A stretch of DNA of 64,000 bases from Chrysomallon squamiferum (taxonomy: Eukaryota; Animalia; Mollusca), in contig CM022678.1 in the NCBI GenBank assembly GCA_012295275.1, positions 14,508,001 to 14,572,000 of the forward strand, in the 5' to 3' direction. The notes beneath the pieces were generated by a model. That model searched no databases. It worked only from the letters and a program-made list of their open reading frames with translations, and was not told where the DNA came from. A program made the position numbers and the translations under genes. Within the stretch, counting starts at the first letter, position 1, and every line of letters begins with the position of its first letter. Below are positions 12,731 to 26,940 of the stretch, piece by piece.

Positions 12731-14102
12731 AAATACATAAATAAATAAATAATAATGATGATAAATAATAATAATAATAATCGTTGTAGTAGTAGTAGTA
12801 ATGTATTAAATGTTTAGTTTTTCTGTAGTATAATACAGAAGTAGATAATTACAGGGCATAAATAATTGTGTATACTGAATTTTCAATAATTATTTCAATT
12901 ATTGCCAACCGGTAATTTTATTTCCACTGAAAATCATTCAGTGTACGTCTAGTACTCAAATGATATAAGACTATGTAGCATTCTAAAACAACTCTCGTGT
13001 TCAAAACACAGTTTAAATTCAGTAATACTAGGCACGTGTCGAAGCTTAAAATGATTTAATGACAGATTTATTAATATAATTAGTATCAGTTATTACAGAT
13101 TAATTTTTTAAAGTCACTATTTTGTAAAAAATACAGTATACGCTGTTAATTAAATTAAAACATTATAAATATGTTATTTAAGACCTAAATGAAAACTCAG
13201 TCTAAGGCCAGCCCCAAAACGCTGCTGAATTACATCTATCTCTTTACAAGTTTTATAACGTGCTTTATAAGAAAATGAGAACTATCTGATACAAAAACAT
13301 AAAATACGATAAAATAAATCTAAAACTGTATCACGATTAAAAATATACATTTATTCACAACGCAGATATTTCAGTCCGTTTTAATCAATATAATGAAACA
13401 ATAATTTAAATCAATAGAAATATATTTTAACGTGTTTCCTATTTAGCACGAAATCACATTATTGATTTCACATTTCACAGGTGCCCAGTGTCCACCCACA
13501 GGTCCAGTTGATGAACTGGAGGGGTTCCCTCACGTGAGAGTTTTCTATAACGGTTATGTGAAGACTGGTCAGCCAGTCGTCTTTAGACACGCACTGAAAG
13601 GAGCCTCTGTTATTAGTCTGTGGAGCGACGACGAATACTTAGATACTAAGTATAATCACTATAAGTACTATAAGTACTAGTACTAGTACTACTACTACTA
13701 TAATAATAATAAACGACAACAAAAACAAGGAGTCTCTGTCCCGACTATAGAGTCATGACGAATATCTAGGTCTAAGTGTAGACACTATAATAACAACAAC
13801 TACTACTATTACACTACATCAACTACTACTATTACCACTACTACTATTACTGCTACAATAATAACAATCAAAAAAAAAACACTGTAGAGTGACAACGAAT
13901 ACCTAAATATTAAGTACAGTCTTTATAATAACAACCACAACCACAACAATGAACCTCTATTCTCATTGTGAAGCGATGATGAGTTCTTGGATACTAAGAT
14001 AGTGCCTATAATAACAACTACGACTACAATAATAACAACAACACGAAACTTCAGTTCTGACTCTGTGGGGCTATGACTATAGATACTATATATAGTCACT
14101 AT

Positions 14103-14133
<31 letters not shown>

Positions 14134-14295
14134 TCACAACAATAATAATTATAGTAAAAACAACAACAATAAAAGTTGTTTTTATTATTATTATTATTAT
14201 TATTAATAGTTGTATTACTATTACTGCTACTTCTGCAACAATAACAAGAACTACTACTACTATTACTATACCACTACTACTACTATCACTACTAT

Positions 14296-14342
<47 letters not shown>

Positions 14343-14662
14343 TAAACTGCCATCTCTGTTTCCATCCATCTGTCATGTAATTACCTGATTATTTAGTTTA
14401 TTACAGTTTTGTTTATATTTCTGTTTGGTTGTTTCGCTCTATCGAGTTAACCAGTGCATTTAAATCTGTTTCTTTTCTTCTTATTATTATTTTTTAAATA
14501 TTAAAAATTTAAATTGTTATTCCAAACGGAAATTCTTTATTATTAGAGGCAGAAAACAGACTGTTGTACGTATTTGTATTTCAAATATAAATCGAAGAAA
14601 GTCAGATGTACTGAATATATTTTCATTTCGATCTTCGTTTTCCGAGCTACAGTTTGACAGAG

Positions 14663-14709
<47 letters not shown>

Positions 14710-15537
14710 TAAAGTAGAAAAAATAAATAATAATTAAAAATAGAGGTGGGTTATCGGCTTCATGCATCAACAGTGACTGTTACCTATGTTTCGCAATAGT
14801 TTTGGAAAAACGGAAGTTTCGGTGACAATGAGGAGACAACTATTTCGTCAAGAGAAGGTAATTCGTAACGTTCAAGTGATGCAGCTGAAGAGGTTTTTGT
14901 ACGAGTACATGTATGAAGACTGGTACCTCTCCAGTACTATACCACGTGACTTAATGGCTCAGCTACCAGTATGTGAACTTTATCACTAGTTTCAGTTAAA
15001 CAATTTATTGTTTTATATTTAGGTGCAAAATGTACTGGACTATGTATAAATTTGTTATTTAAGTTACAATAATATAACTTTGTTATTGTTAGAGTTACAA
15101 TATCAACGAAATTAATTAATTTTTAAATTTTCATTGATCACTAATTCTTTCAGACATAATTCTAACAGCTTAAAATGAAGAATTTTTTTTTATAAAATCC
15201 TTTATGAAGAAGCTATGAGAATTAAAAAGAAAGTTCTTATTTCAAATTATTAAAAGCAAACTAGTTCATTTTTCGAGCTGTTTTTTCGGGCTTAATAATA
15301 AAAGTAACAAAACAACGGATATTACGTTATTTTAACAATATATTTATATATGATATGAAAGTACCTTATAAAAAATAAATTATGTAATCTGAATTTAAAT
15401 ATCTTTTATTCAAGATGCTATACTTCGTTTGGGGTTTTTCAAATATTCACATACATATATTTAATTTATTTTTACTTCAGGATATATAGGATGTGTCATT
15501 AACGATGTGGATTATATACAAGCGATTCACTGATTTA

Positions 15538-15575
<38 letters not shown>

Positions 15576-15961
15576 CATGCAGAGATATATATATAAATGT
15601 TATTTTTCTAAGCTGCCATCGGTTCTGAGTTGTGGCACATTAAGTCAGTTCCTGCAGGAGGCGGAACTGTGGATGAGTAGTGGAGGGACGTCGTCGAAGC
15701 TGCACAGTCATCTTGATCACAACCTGCACTGTGTTCTTTTTGGACGTAGAGACTTCGTTGTTATTGAAAACAAATACAAACGTAATTTCGACTTTGAAGA
15801 AGCAGTAAGTGTTTTGCATACTATGTTAATAACATGCTCTGTCGTTTGATTTATATTACTTTTTGAACGGGAAATATTTCGGACTGTCTAGGAAAACTTG
15901 CAGTTCGTTAAGTTAAAAAAAAACAAAAAAACATCCTTCTTTCTATATTTATTTCTGAAAA

Positions 15962-16004
<43 letters not shown>

Positions 16005-16685
16005 CTTTTTTCTCTTTACTATTATTATTTTTTTATGAAGGCATTATTACTTCTTTTTCGTTGATTTTAAATATGTGTGTTTTTGTGTGTGTGTGTGTGT
16101 GTGTGTGTGATATTATTATTATTTGTTGTTGTTGTTATTTCTTCGATGTTGTTGTTTTGGGGGGTTTATTCTTTTTGGGGGGTATGTGTTGTTCGTCTTT
16201 TCTAACTTGTAGTTGTTTTGTAGTACCCTAACGCTGGAGAAGGTTCCTCACCTATGGATATGGATGTGATAAACGCCTTCAAATACGATAAATTGAGCAA
16301 GACACCGTGGACGTGGTCCACGTTGAGGTCAGGAGACTGCATCCTCATACCAGCAGGTAATAATAAAATATTATGTCAAAAATAATAAATATAAAAATTT
16401 TAAAATATTATGTAGTTTCGTTTTACGTCGTGAACGTTTTTAAAGAAAATCACTCTAGATATTCTAGGGTTGCTAATTTATTTTAAATATATATTTTTAG
16501 GTTATCTTCATCACGTGCGAGCTATAGGAAGAAGTATGTCTTTCACTATACTGTTCACACCTCTTGAAGATCTCGACTTGTCAGACTGCAGAAATACAGA
16601 AAATGAACAGTTAACTCTAGCAGACGCCAATTTTACCTGGGCCTTTGAGAAAGGAGTTAGAGTATGCGTTATTTATTCACACATT

Positions 16686-16755
<70 letters not shown>

Positions 16756-17682
16756 TATGGTTTTTAAATCAAAATTAAAAGCCTAGAATAATGGAAATTT
16801 GTATAGAAAGATGTATAAATAGAAATAAATATTGCAGATAATTAATTTGGTATTATATCCATAATTAAATAACACTTACTAAGATATAGTTTCAAGTACA
16901 AAATATTTCAGCAACAAAGTGTTTTTATTTTCAGCATCTCTCCAACACGAATCTGAACGCTGAAGCTTTGCGTCACATTTTACTGTCACTCATCAGAGAC
17001 AAACCCAAAATGCACTACAAAAGATTTGAAAAGTTCTATAACGAAAGTATGGTTGTAGTAAGTACTACGTGTGTTTGTTTGCCTGTTTTGTTTTGTTTTG
17101 TTTACTTTAAACAAAACTATATACACGTCCATACAGAGAGGAGATTGTAATTGGAGAAAACGGTTTGCACAAGTTATTATTATTATTATTATATATTTTA
17201 TTTTAATTGTATTTATTTTTTAAATTTATTGTTGTTGTGGTTATTATTATTATTATTATTTGTTGTAGTTGTTGATGTTGCTGTGATATTTACAAATTGG
17301 AATTTGACTATGCAAACTGGGTCTTTCCCTTGCATTGATCTTAATTTTTAAACATGCCCATGAACCCACATGGAGTGATTGCTCTTAAAAATTCTTAATA
17401 ATTAATTTAATTATTCAGAGTGATCACCCTCCAAGAGCCTGGGATGTGTTTCAGATTCTCAAGTCGAAACTGTCGTCGGTGGATCACACTGAAGAGGAGG
17501 AAGAAGAGGAGGTGGAATTTGACGAGTACGGAAGTAAACGACAGAGACACGACATTGCGGAATACGAATTGAGCCGCAGTCAAATCAGCCTGATGAAAAA
17601 GGAACAACTACAACGCGTAGCAGACATTTTAAATGAACCTCACAAACTTAAATCAAAAACATCTGATCACGACGAACTTTAA
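12525..17682 (+). CDS. Secretory-pathway JmjC/cupin-like (Cupin_8; TYW5/JMJD7-like) protein with C-terminal HDEL, ~453 aa; exons 12525-12675, 13481-13649, 14800-14968, 15613-15804, 16224-16356, 16501-16661, 16935-17057, 17419-17682
   Basis: All junctions are GT-AG and phase-compatible (1362 nt total). Hydrophobic N-terminus MDTIHLFISLLLMIPSDS; family motifs GHLGPLG, FYNGYVKTGQPVVFR, WSDDEYL, LWMSSGGTSSKLHSHLDHNLHCVLFGRRDF, LRSGDCILIPAGYLHHVRA; ends ...SDHDEL*. A 5' exon ends at 11879 (gtaagt). Confidence 0.88.
13600..14110 (+). repeat. Five degenerate tandem copies of a ~60-bp exon-end/donor segment separated by trinucleotide microsatellites
   Basis: ggagcctctg...gacgaatacttagatactaagtataatcactataa (13600-13665) recurs in diverged form at ~13729, ~13881, ~13951 and ~14045. 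Confidence 0.7.
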
Positions 17683-20600
17683 AAATATCTTTAATTATAA
17701 GTTAGTTAATTATTTCTGTTTATTATAAAACTCATAGTTCATTACGTATTTGGAATCATCACAAACATTGCGCCGTACGAATGAGGTTCATATAATGAAA
17801 AATAAAAACAGTGTAGTTCGATTTATTTAGAAAGGAAAACTAGGAAAAGTGTTATTTGTATTATATTCTAATACTAAACACTTAATAAAATTTAGTAACA
17901 TAATGAAATAAACCAATTAGTTATTTGTTTATTTATTTATTATGTAACAAAATAACGTCTTAAACCTTTTTCCACAGAATAATTTTAATTTAAGCGAACA
18001 CTAAATAAACTAAATAATTATGAGCTTTTACTGAATAAGTTAAACAGATACTTTGTATCTAAGCTTACATGGAATAATTTAAGCAGACATTAAAAACTGA
18101 ATAAATTAGAAAGTAAAATAAGGTTTGAAACTAATTGTTTGTCTTGTTTATATCAGTTTAGTTCCATACTTCCTGACCAGTCCAGTCTGTCACAATAAAA
18201 CTGTTTTGTTAAGATGCCTATTTACCTTTTATCAGTAACACATAAGCAATTCCATCCATACTTTTTAACAATAACAGTTTTAATTTTAGGACTATTTAAG
18301 TCTTTGCATGTTTTGAATATGTTTTAAAAATAAATGAAGATATTTTAAAAAGCACTGCTTTATAAAAATAAATGAAGATATTTCAACTATATCCGATTCT
18401 TCCTTTTATTTGTTTGTATTTGCTTTTAATTTTATGTGACACAAATAATATATTACAACAAAGGATACATTATTAAAGATTGTGTATTTCAAAATGAAAA
18501 TATTAATGTACCAGAAATAAATTTGAGATACAAATTTTGTGGTGTTTTTTAGGTTATTTTTGTCAGTATATGAATAACAGTATACTTTGAAGTAAATGAA
18601 AATTAAGAATGAAGATTATTTTTTGCTTATAATATTAATGAACAATAATCTACTTATTGAAGAAAACTAGAAATACAAATTCATGAATTGTGTTATAATA
18701 ACTGGTGTTATTCATAAACTCTTGAAACAATTTAGTAATTGGCATTGTACACTGAATGTTTCACACTATTTGTTATATAGTGAACAGAAGAAAGTAAAAA
18801 GAACAACATTAATACAGGACATTTTTAACATTAACAGTGTACATATTTATTAACTCTGATTTAGCATTATAGCTGGTAACACTGAAAAAACACCCCATTA
18901 CTCAACAAGAACAAACTGCCAAAAGCAGTTTCCAGTGTTTTTAATTATTTATTTATTTATACTTTATCGTAAACCTTTTGTATATCAATAAATGTTGGCT
19001 TTATCATAATCAATTTATCAGAACAATGAGTTTCTTCAAAAGCAATTTATTTTAATATTACCATTAAATATACTGATTTAGTAGCATTGTAAGTAATAAG
19101 AAGTAAAAAAACATTGGTTATATGTTAAAAAGAAAAACTAACAAAAATGTAACATTGTGAATGACACCTTTATTTCAAAATAATTTTAATATTCCTTAAA
19201 ACAAAGATTTTATCATTTTTGAGATTTCTTAAAACTATCTGAAAAATTACCTTGTTATCCCAAGAAAATAAGAGCAAATTTTTCGATCCTAAACTGAATG
19301 ACAATTACACATTTCATGGTAATATTCTTATTTTTTATTCTTAAAAACTTCATATGCTGAAATCTTGAAATTTACTATAGTATATATTAGTAATATATAT
19401 ACATATATATATATTTTTTATTTTTTCTTCTTCACTTAATGAAAATGAAAATTATATATTCACCAAGTGTTAATGGCAGGTTATGTGGTAAAGTCCCAAG
19501 AAAATATTTAACCAAAATGTATTTTTAGAAACCGTACATCTGTTATCACAAGTATACTGCCATGTCACACACACACATTTTTTTCCTCCTTTTTATACAG
19601 TTGTATAGATTATAAAACAACTGAAAGTGTAGAAGATACACAAGACAAAGTGACCCACTAATGCTGAACTAAAACACACACAAAAATAATAATAATGTCG
19701 GTAACAGTTTTAAAATGCATCTTTTTGGTAATTTTGTATTAATACTTTTTCATCCATTTATTATTGTGAATCATTCTATTTACAGACTTCAAACCATTAA
19801 AGAGATTAAAAAATATATTCTTGGTGAAAATGCTCATTTAAAGATGTTACAAAGGCACAGAAATAAACAATCAACATTAATTTATATGGTTAGGGTAAAT
19901 AAAAAACACCTGTATAATCTTTATAATAAAAACACTTAGTATCATGATAATTAAAACATATCCTACTTCATCTGTCTAGCAGTTTAAATGTAGGAAATAA
20001 TCAGTTCTTTAAATGGAAGACTTGTAGGTGATTTTGTTTGATGAAATATTTACAGTTTATTTAAAACTAGAAAATACAAAATATTTATTTGATAAAGTTA
20101 AATTTTAAAAATAAAAGCTGTTTATTCAAATCTATGAAAAACTATAGTGGAACAAATGCAAATAAAATACAATCTAGAATTTTACATGAATACAAAGAAA
20201 CGATTAATCTATAATCTTTGATAGAGTTTTTTAAACACCAAAATACAAACAAAATTTAAAATACCTTACTAGCATATAAAGTATAGTAGATGAAATCATT
20301 ATGTAAACAAGTTTTCAGATCTAGTAAAAATATATAAATTTATTATTTTAGTTAATAAAACTGATATTTAATTAACTTTTATAACTATTTCACAAATACA
20401 ATTAACACTAATTTATAAAATGAAATAAATGCTATTATTTAACATTCTTTTAAAAAGAACCCCAGGCACATTTATAGCAGATAAAAATAAGAACTTCTCC
20501 ATTAAACCTCATCATGTACAAATAAAGTTTAAAATGTTCTTTTTTTGTAAAAAAATAAATTACAAAAATAAAACAAAAAGTTTGACTGATGGAATAAATA

Positions 20601-20924
20601 CATTTCCTTAAAATATATTTATGGCATTGTTAAAAATTAATACTTAAAAATCAAGCTGGACATATATAAACTGTGGATAATTTATATACAAGAAAACATT
20701 TTATTCCACTGATTTCAATGATCAAACTGAGACAGTGATTGGGAACAGACAGAGAATCTGGGATTTTCTCAACAATTTCTTAATTGTTTGCACATAATGC
20801 TATAGTTAAAATGAAATTCTACCCTCTTGAAAATAAAATATCAATATTAAACAGATTACTATTGCTTTCCACATAGTAAATATTTTTAATAACTTTCTGA
20901 ATCAAGGCCACGTAAAGGTGTCAT

Positions 20925-23167
20925 CTAGGGTTCCTGGTCTATGAACAGGGTATAGGGTGTCGACCACACTGTGAGACGTTTCTGCATATTCATGATGAGG
21001 TCTGCAGCACGGCTTGCCTCCATGGTGTAGAAGATCATTGCAAGGAAGGTGAAACATGTGGAGGTAATGGCCAGGTAAAATGACCAGTTGAGAACAACCA
21101 CATGTCCATCCAGTCCAAACATGTCAACATAGTCCAGCCCAAAGAGTACAAGTGAAGTCATCTCAACTGACACTGAAAATATAATTTTATATGTATATTA
21201 AAAAGGAAATAACTGTGTGATTTGCTTTATTTAATTAAAACTAATTCTGATTTGCTAACTTTGGAATTTCACTAATGGCATTATAAAAAAAGCAATAAAA
21301 AATTCTGCATATTTATTACAATCTTGGAGTATGACTATAATTATAAACACTTTCAAATGAAAGTAATATTAAATATTTACTTATCATTCTTTAGAACAAC
21401 CAATATATGTTAAAAACTCCATATAGTGAATATACATTTTGGGTTTTTACTTTACCAACAGTATTTTACTTTTATAATTAGTTATGTATGGTAATTTCTA
21501 CATAGAGTTTTCTAATTATGTTTGATCTTAATTTAAAGAGTGTCATGTACAACTGACATTTAAGTAATCATTTCCCTTAAAACACTGTTTAATGTAGTAA
21601 ACACTGGCCCACAGCTGACTGCATTCTTCTGTTATCAGAACAACAGTATCAAATTGCTTAAGATATCACAACTGAAAATTGCACTGTGGAAGTAAATGAT
21701 ATGCAAATGACATACTAATTCATTTACGCGTGTGTGTGTGTGTGTGTGTGTTGGATGGATTGGATCTTTAAACACTTGTTTATTTTTTGGACTTAATACT
21801 TTAGACAAAAAAGTTAACAAAAAAACGAGAAGTAAAATTGTTATCATCATCACAACATAATTTCTTAAAATATAAGAATCCTAGCTAAGAAGATAAACTG
21901 GAAAAGTATTCAAGCATTCAATCATAAGAAAAAATATGAAGCACTGGTGTCAAGCTATTTGATGGTTAAAGAGGATTTGGTCCAAAAAGTATAATTATTT
22001 TCTATCACTAGAAAAAGCATGTAAATAAACCCAGTGTTACCATTTATTTATAATGTTTGCCTATTGTTTCAAGTTTATTGTCATTAATTTTTCATATCCC
22101 TTTTCATAATTCTATAAAATTCTAGATTACTAAAGTTATACCTAATTAATTATATTATATATATATAATTATAAATATTTAATCTACTGAAGTAGATTAA
22201 AATGAATGGTAGTATTTGGGTTTTTTATATTTCACATAATGTTTTGTGTATGGTATATACAGACAAATTTTTAACAATATTTGTTCATGATATCTGGATA
22301 ACATTCTGGACAAATGAGGTTAAATACCTGACCTAGATTTATGGTAGTTTTCAAAGTCAAAGCTGTTCACCATTTATTGGCTTTTTTGTACCTGGATAGT
22401 GGATGATTCTGTGAATGTATTTTTTACTAGAAAATTACAAAACCTTCTAGAACAATAAAAGGAAAGAATTTGAAAGCAAAGAAATGGACTAAGTCACAAG
22501 ATAAATTTTTGCTCTGGAAATTTTAAAAACAGATGAACTACAACACTAGTTCTGAATATAAGAACTAACACAGACACTGGTAATGGTGAAAAGTATATTT
22601 GAAGTTCAGAATAACTTCTAACAAATCGTATAGTTATGTATATGTTTACACATATACAGACAGTTAAAATAGTTATAATTATGAATCTTTCACACACATA
22701 TACTCACAGATATATAAAATTAATAGTTATTAAAACATATAAAATTTAAGAAGTCAAATCAAAAATACACCAGTATAATTAAATTATTGCATGTTGTCTG
22801 TTAAGTATCAACTATTTATAAACTTACTTGTCATAATGTTAACAATGGCCAGGGTTTTGAAGGTTCCTGCAGATTCAAAGAATCTGATGTGAGACAGCAG
22901 GGACATGATGGCACTCAGAAGTGAACCAGCAACCGCAATTACAAATGTCGCCTGAATTGTCCGGAACCAAACTAATAACAACAATAAGTAAATAAATATT
23001 TGCATAAAATGAATGACTTAATCTCTCTAGATATATAAAACAACATACTTTGATTATGTTATAGTTTAGTTGTGCATTGGGATTATTACTGCTACAGCAA
23101 AAAAATAGAATTCTGATTGTTTTTCAGCTAAAATAAATAAGTCAGGACGGATATCATTTAAAAAAGA

Positions 23168-23201
<34 letters not shown>

Positions 23202-23304
23202 TGCATGCATGTACATCTTGAATTAACTGTTTTAGCAAAATTAATAAAACATTTGATTTCTTTAGAGACTAATTATGTTGGTATGGAACATATTTATTGT
23301 ATGC

Positions 23305-23335
<31 letters not shown>

Positions 23336-24380
23336 AATGTATTGACGATTCAGAGACTTATAGAATTAGTTAATAATCATTAAATTCCATGTACAATAAA
23401 ATGAATAATGTCCCAGTTTTAGTAAATGTTTTTGTTTCATTCAGAACCTGCTGATATATTTATCTGAACTTGTCTCTATATTTATGTATAGTTTTTCAGA
23501 CAAAATCTGGTAAACATCAGTCACATTCACTTTGTAAACACGAAAGCTATTTGCATGCACTGAAAATGTGGACAGTGGTTATCTTTCATCTTTACATAAC
23601 AAAGTGAACCTGATGAGGAACTGAACAAGAAAAAGATAAACACTTGTCTAAACCTGTACCTAATAACAACTATACAGAATTCTTTAAAAAAAATCTGACA
23701 TGGAACTATTTATTATGCATACAATTTTGCAAGTACCCAACACAAGTTCTTCTTAAATAAATGAGTTATCTGGGTCATATTTCAATAAATATGTATTCTA
23801 ATTTCTAATTGAAGACATTATGATTATCACAACAAACTGATAAACAACAAAACAAACTACTTTTCAATATGTATAAAATGAAATCAGAAACTGTATGATT
23901 TCCAAAAGTAAACAGAAAATAAGTTATAGCATGAAACAAATGTATATATAAATAAATAAAATAAAATAAAATGAACTGAATTAAGTCCCTCTATTTTCTA
24001 TTTTCATTTGTCAGAAGTTATTATTATTATTATTATTATTATACTTGAAACAGGTGAAATGATATTGACACTGATTTTAGAACTTCCAATATAAATATTA
24101 TGATAATTCACAATAAGTGAATAACTTAATAAACTGAATAATAAACAGATTTACATAATTAAATTTACTTACCGATATCTTTGGCATTGATGAAACGACC
24201 AAGTACTTCCATATCACCACAGTAATTTTCTTCCAAATCACAGTGCCAAAATATACCTAAATCCGTGTTGGTCTTGCCGCGTGACGATAACCAATGTGGC
24301 GTCGCTATTGAAATTATATTAAATGTCAAGCTTAAAACGGAACACATAAGTCCAAGAACCGAAAATACTGTTGTCGCCAT
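20925..24380 (-). CDS. Claudin/PMP22/EMP-superfamily four-TM protein A, 199 aa; exons 24380-24173, 22971-22828, 21172-20925
   Basis: TM1 followed by W...LGIFWHC...C (W-GLW-C-C signature), WFRTIQA before TM2, LNWSFYLA before TM4; GT-AG junctions, both phase 1; 600 nt total. Confidence 0.88.
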
Positions 24381-24586
24381 ATTAATATTATTGGCTTTGA
24401 CAAGCTGAAAACTTCAAAAAAAAATTGGAGGAAGGATTCTGTGTCAAGTCAGCGATTCTCTCTCGGTCAGAAAAGTTTACAGATGAATTGTTGTAAGTAA
24501 TGCGATCAAAATAACATCGACGACATCGAAACACAGACTGGTGATGACAGACACTGTCGACATAAAAAGAATGGAAACATCACTCG

Positions 24587-24665
24587 ATCACGTGATTGTG
24601 ACGTCACGGGCACAAACATACGCGATAAAATAAACAAAAAGTAACTGCGTTCGCGTTGCCTAAAG
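24587..24665 (-). promoter_or_regulatory. Promoter of claudin-like gene A: adjacent palindromic E-box (ATCACGTGAT) and CRE (GTGACGTCAC)
   Basis: ATCACGTGAT at 24587-24596 and GTGACGTCAC at 24598-24607, ~210 nt upstream of the ATG in a CpG-rich patch; RFX-like half site GTTGCCTA at ~24655. Confidence 0.55.
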
Positions 24666-25001
24666 TTGTCCTTTTTTCTGTTCTTATTTTTTCTTTTTTC
24701 GTTTCGAACTTAATGTCATTAATTATAATAAAATAAATACAGTTCACGTACAATAATTATGAGATAAAAATGTCAAAAACGATATCTGTGGCTAAACAGT
24801 AAAACACTTGTGTTTACAAATAAATTATTTTTACACAGGATAGAAAGCTAAATAATTTATTAGTGGTTTGATTGATACGATAGATAAATCCAATAATAGT
24901 TTATCCCCCACCAAAAAAATCCTATTTCTAAACAACAATGACAATAATAAATTAATTAATAAATAAATGATCGTCCTTTTTATACGAAAAAATGGGTAGC
25001 T

Positions 25002-25003
<2 letters not shown>

Positions 25004-25073
<70 letters not shown>
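25004..25073. repeat. (CT)n microsatellite
   Basis: Direct reading. Confidence 0.95.
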
Positions 25074-25077
<4 letters not shown>

Positions 25078-26189
25078 TAACTGTAAAGCCAATATTTTTA
25101 TACTGATTATTGCCGTATACTATGTTTGGGATCTACATTAACGTGAATAATTTAATATATCAAAATGAAATACATAATGTCACTCAGAACTCCTCTCACT
25201 TTCATAAAACTGATAAAAAAAAAAAAAAAAAAAAACCATGGGACGAATCAATCTTCGTGAAAGAAGACTGGAATATCTCCACTCTTCCTAGAAAATATTT
25301 TTACATGCCTTTCACGATTTTTAATATGAGTTCAAGGTGTTTTATATCCTTCTTCGCCTCTCTAGATTTCTGCTAAATAAGCCAAAGGTCGAGTTAGTTC
25401 CCTTGGTATTAATGTTTACCAGGATGTTCTTACATTGTTGTTTATTCAGCATTATTCAGGTCTGTTGCTTCTGAGTCGTATAGATTAATGTAATAAATGT
25501 GACCAAAATAGAAATGACCTTTTCTTTGTTTGAGTTATCGCTTTAAAATATGATCACAAAATAGTGAGATGACATTGAAATATATTGATTCCATTATCTC
25601 CATATAGATAAATTTTAAAACCTTAGAAAAAGAAAAGAAAAAAGTTGGTTAAAAATATAACTGTAGAGTATTATTGCTTGTTTATTTATTTTATTGTAAT
25701 TTATTACTTAAAGAAAAACACAGATACAACATTTTTATGGAAATCTTTAATCATGTAGTTGTCTGTCCTACAGGGTATTGAGTAAACACCTTTTAATTGA
25801 TATAATTGGTTATTCATGGTTGAAACTGCATGACTGGAAATCAACTGCATGGCAGCCATAAAAGTTTGTATTATAATCTATTACTATTTACAGTAAAAGG
25901 TGTTGGAGATATAAATAGTCATGTACCTTGTATGAACATATTTTTTATTTTTTTATTATTTTTTTTAAGATGAGTCATATAATCTTACATGTATCATTTG
26001 AACATAAACATCAAATGACTACAAGTGCTTCCCAGAAGGCCTTCTGCTGTCATAACTCTGCATAAATAATGTTAAATAAAAGTTATGATATGTGATCATA
26101 TCAAAATGCAAGATCCTATTAAAAACATGACAACGTGACATGCCTGACAATGGATGTAGGAAAAAATGGCACCAGAAGAAGATGTCATG

Positions 26190-26940
26190 ACACATTTGAG
26201 AAGCCATTCCTTCACAAGTACAATCACAAAGGTGCTTGTGCAATCAACACTTTCTGCCTGGCAGTTAATCCAAAGATGTGGGAAGCCACTAGTTCAAAGG
26301 TGCAATTATGATCTATTTTTGTAAGCAGGACTTAATTGATTATATTATCATGATCAAACCCCAAGGAAATTATATGTGTGTGTATGTGTGTATGGTTGCA
26401 TGGGTACATACATACAGCCAGGTTCATACAGATGTATCAAATGTTAATACGCATAAAATATCCTCCAGAATTATATCAGTCTGTCAGTTCAAACATAGCT
26501 TAAGAAAACTGTCAACAGCTGTTAAATATGATTTCACCTGCGGATTCTATTATTTCTGACATTAAATCATTATGTCAAATGTTATTCATGCACTAGTTTT
26601 TATGTGTTTTTTATGTGCAGTTATGAATTGTTTTTTCTCCAGACAACAAGGGCGCAAAATAGCAAAAACAATTTTTTTTACAAAACTGGTGTCTAGTGTG
26701 TGTATGAGATTCTCATGTTTTAATGATATTCGAGCTCAACTCAGTTTGGTTTGCTGATGCCCTGGATATGGCATCTTGGAGAGGCAAAGATAGCAAGTGC
26801 CAAGAACCAAAATTTCTGTGGTGTTAAAATACAAGACAAGTGAATATACAGAACAGGTGTTGAAAAAGTACTTCAAACAGAATATGTCTGCATTTATACT
26901 CAAAATGCACCCATGTGCCGTACTATATATTAACAACAAC
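26190..26940 (+). mobile_element. Possible highly decayed PIF/Harbinger-type DDE transposase remnant
   Basis: Broken frames give YNHKGACAIN (cf. YxNRKGxxSIN), ADA/GYGI (cf. GDxGY), EQVLKKYF and CAVLY (cf. ExxFGxLKxRF, CxVLHN), in the expected order but interrupted by stops and frameshifts. Motif resemblance only. Confidence 0.3.

Noticed and set aside
9285-14770. Poly-I/L/Y/S/N ORFs in the ORF track (also ER/SL/CV repeat ORFs elsewhere)
   Set aside because: Translations of microsatellites.
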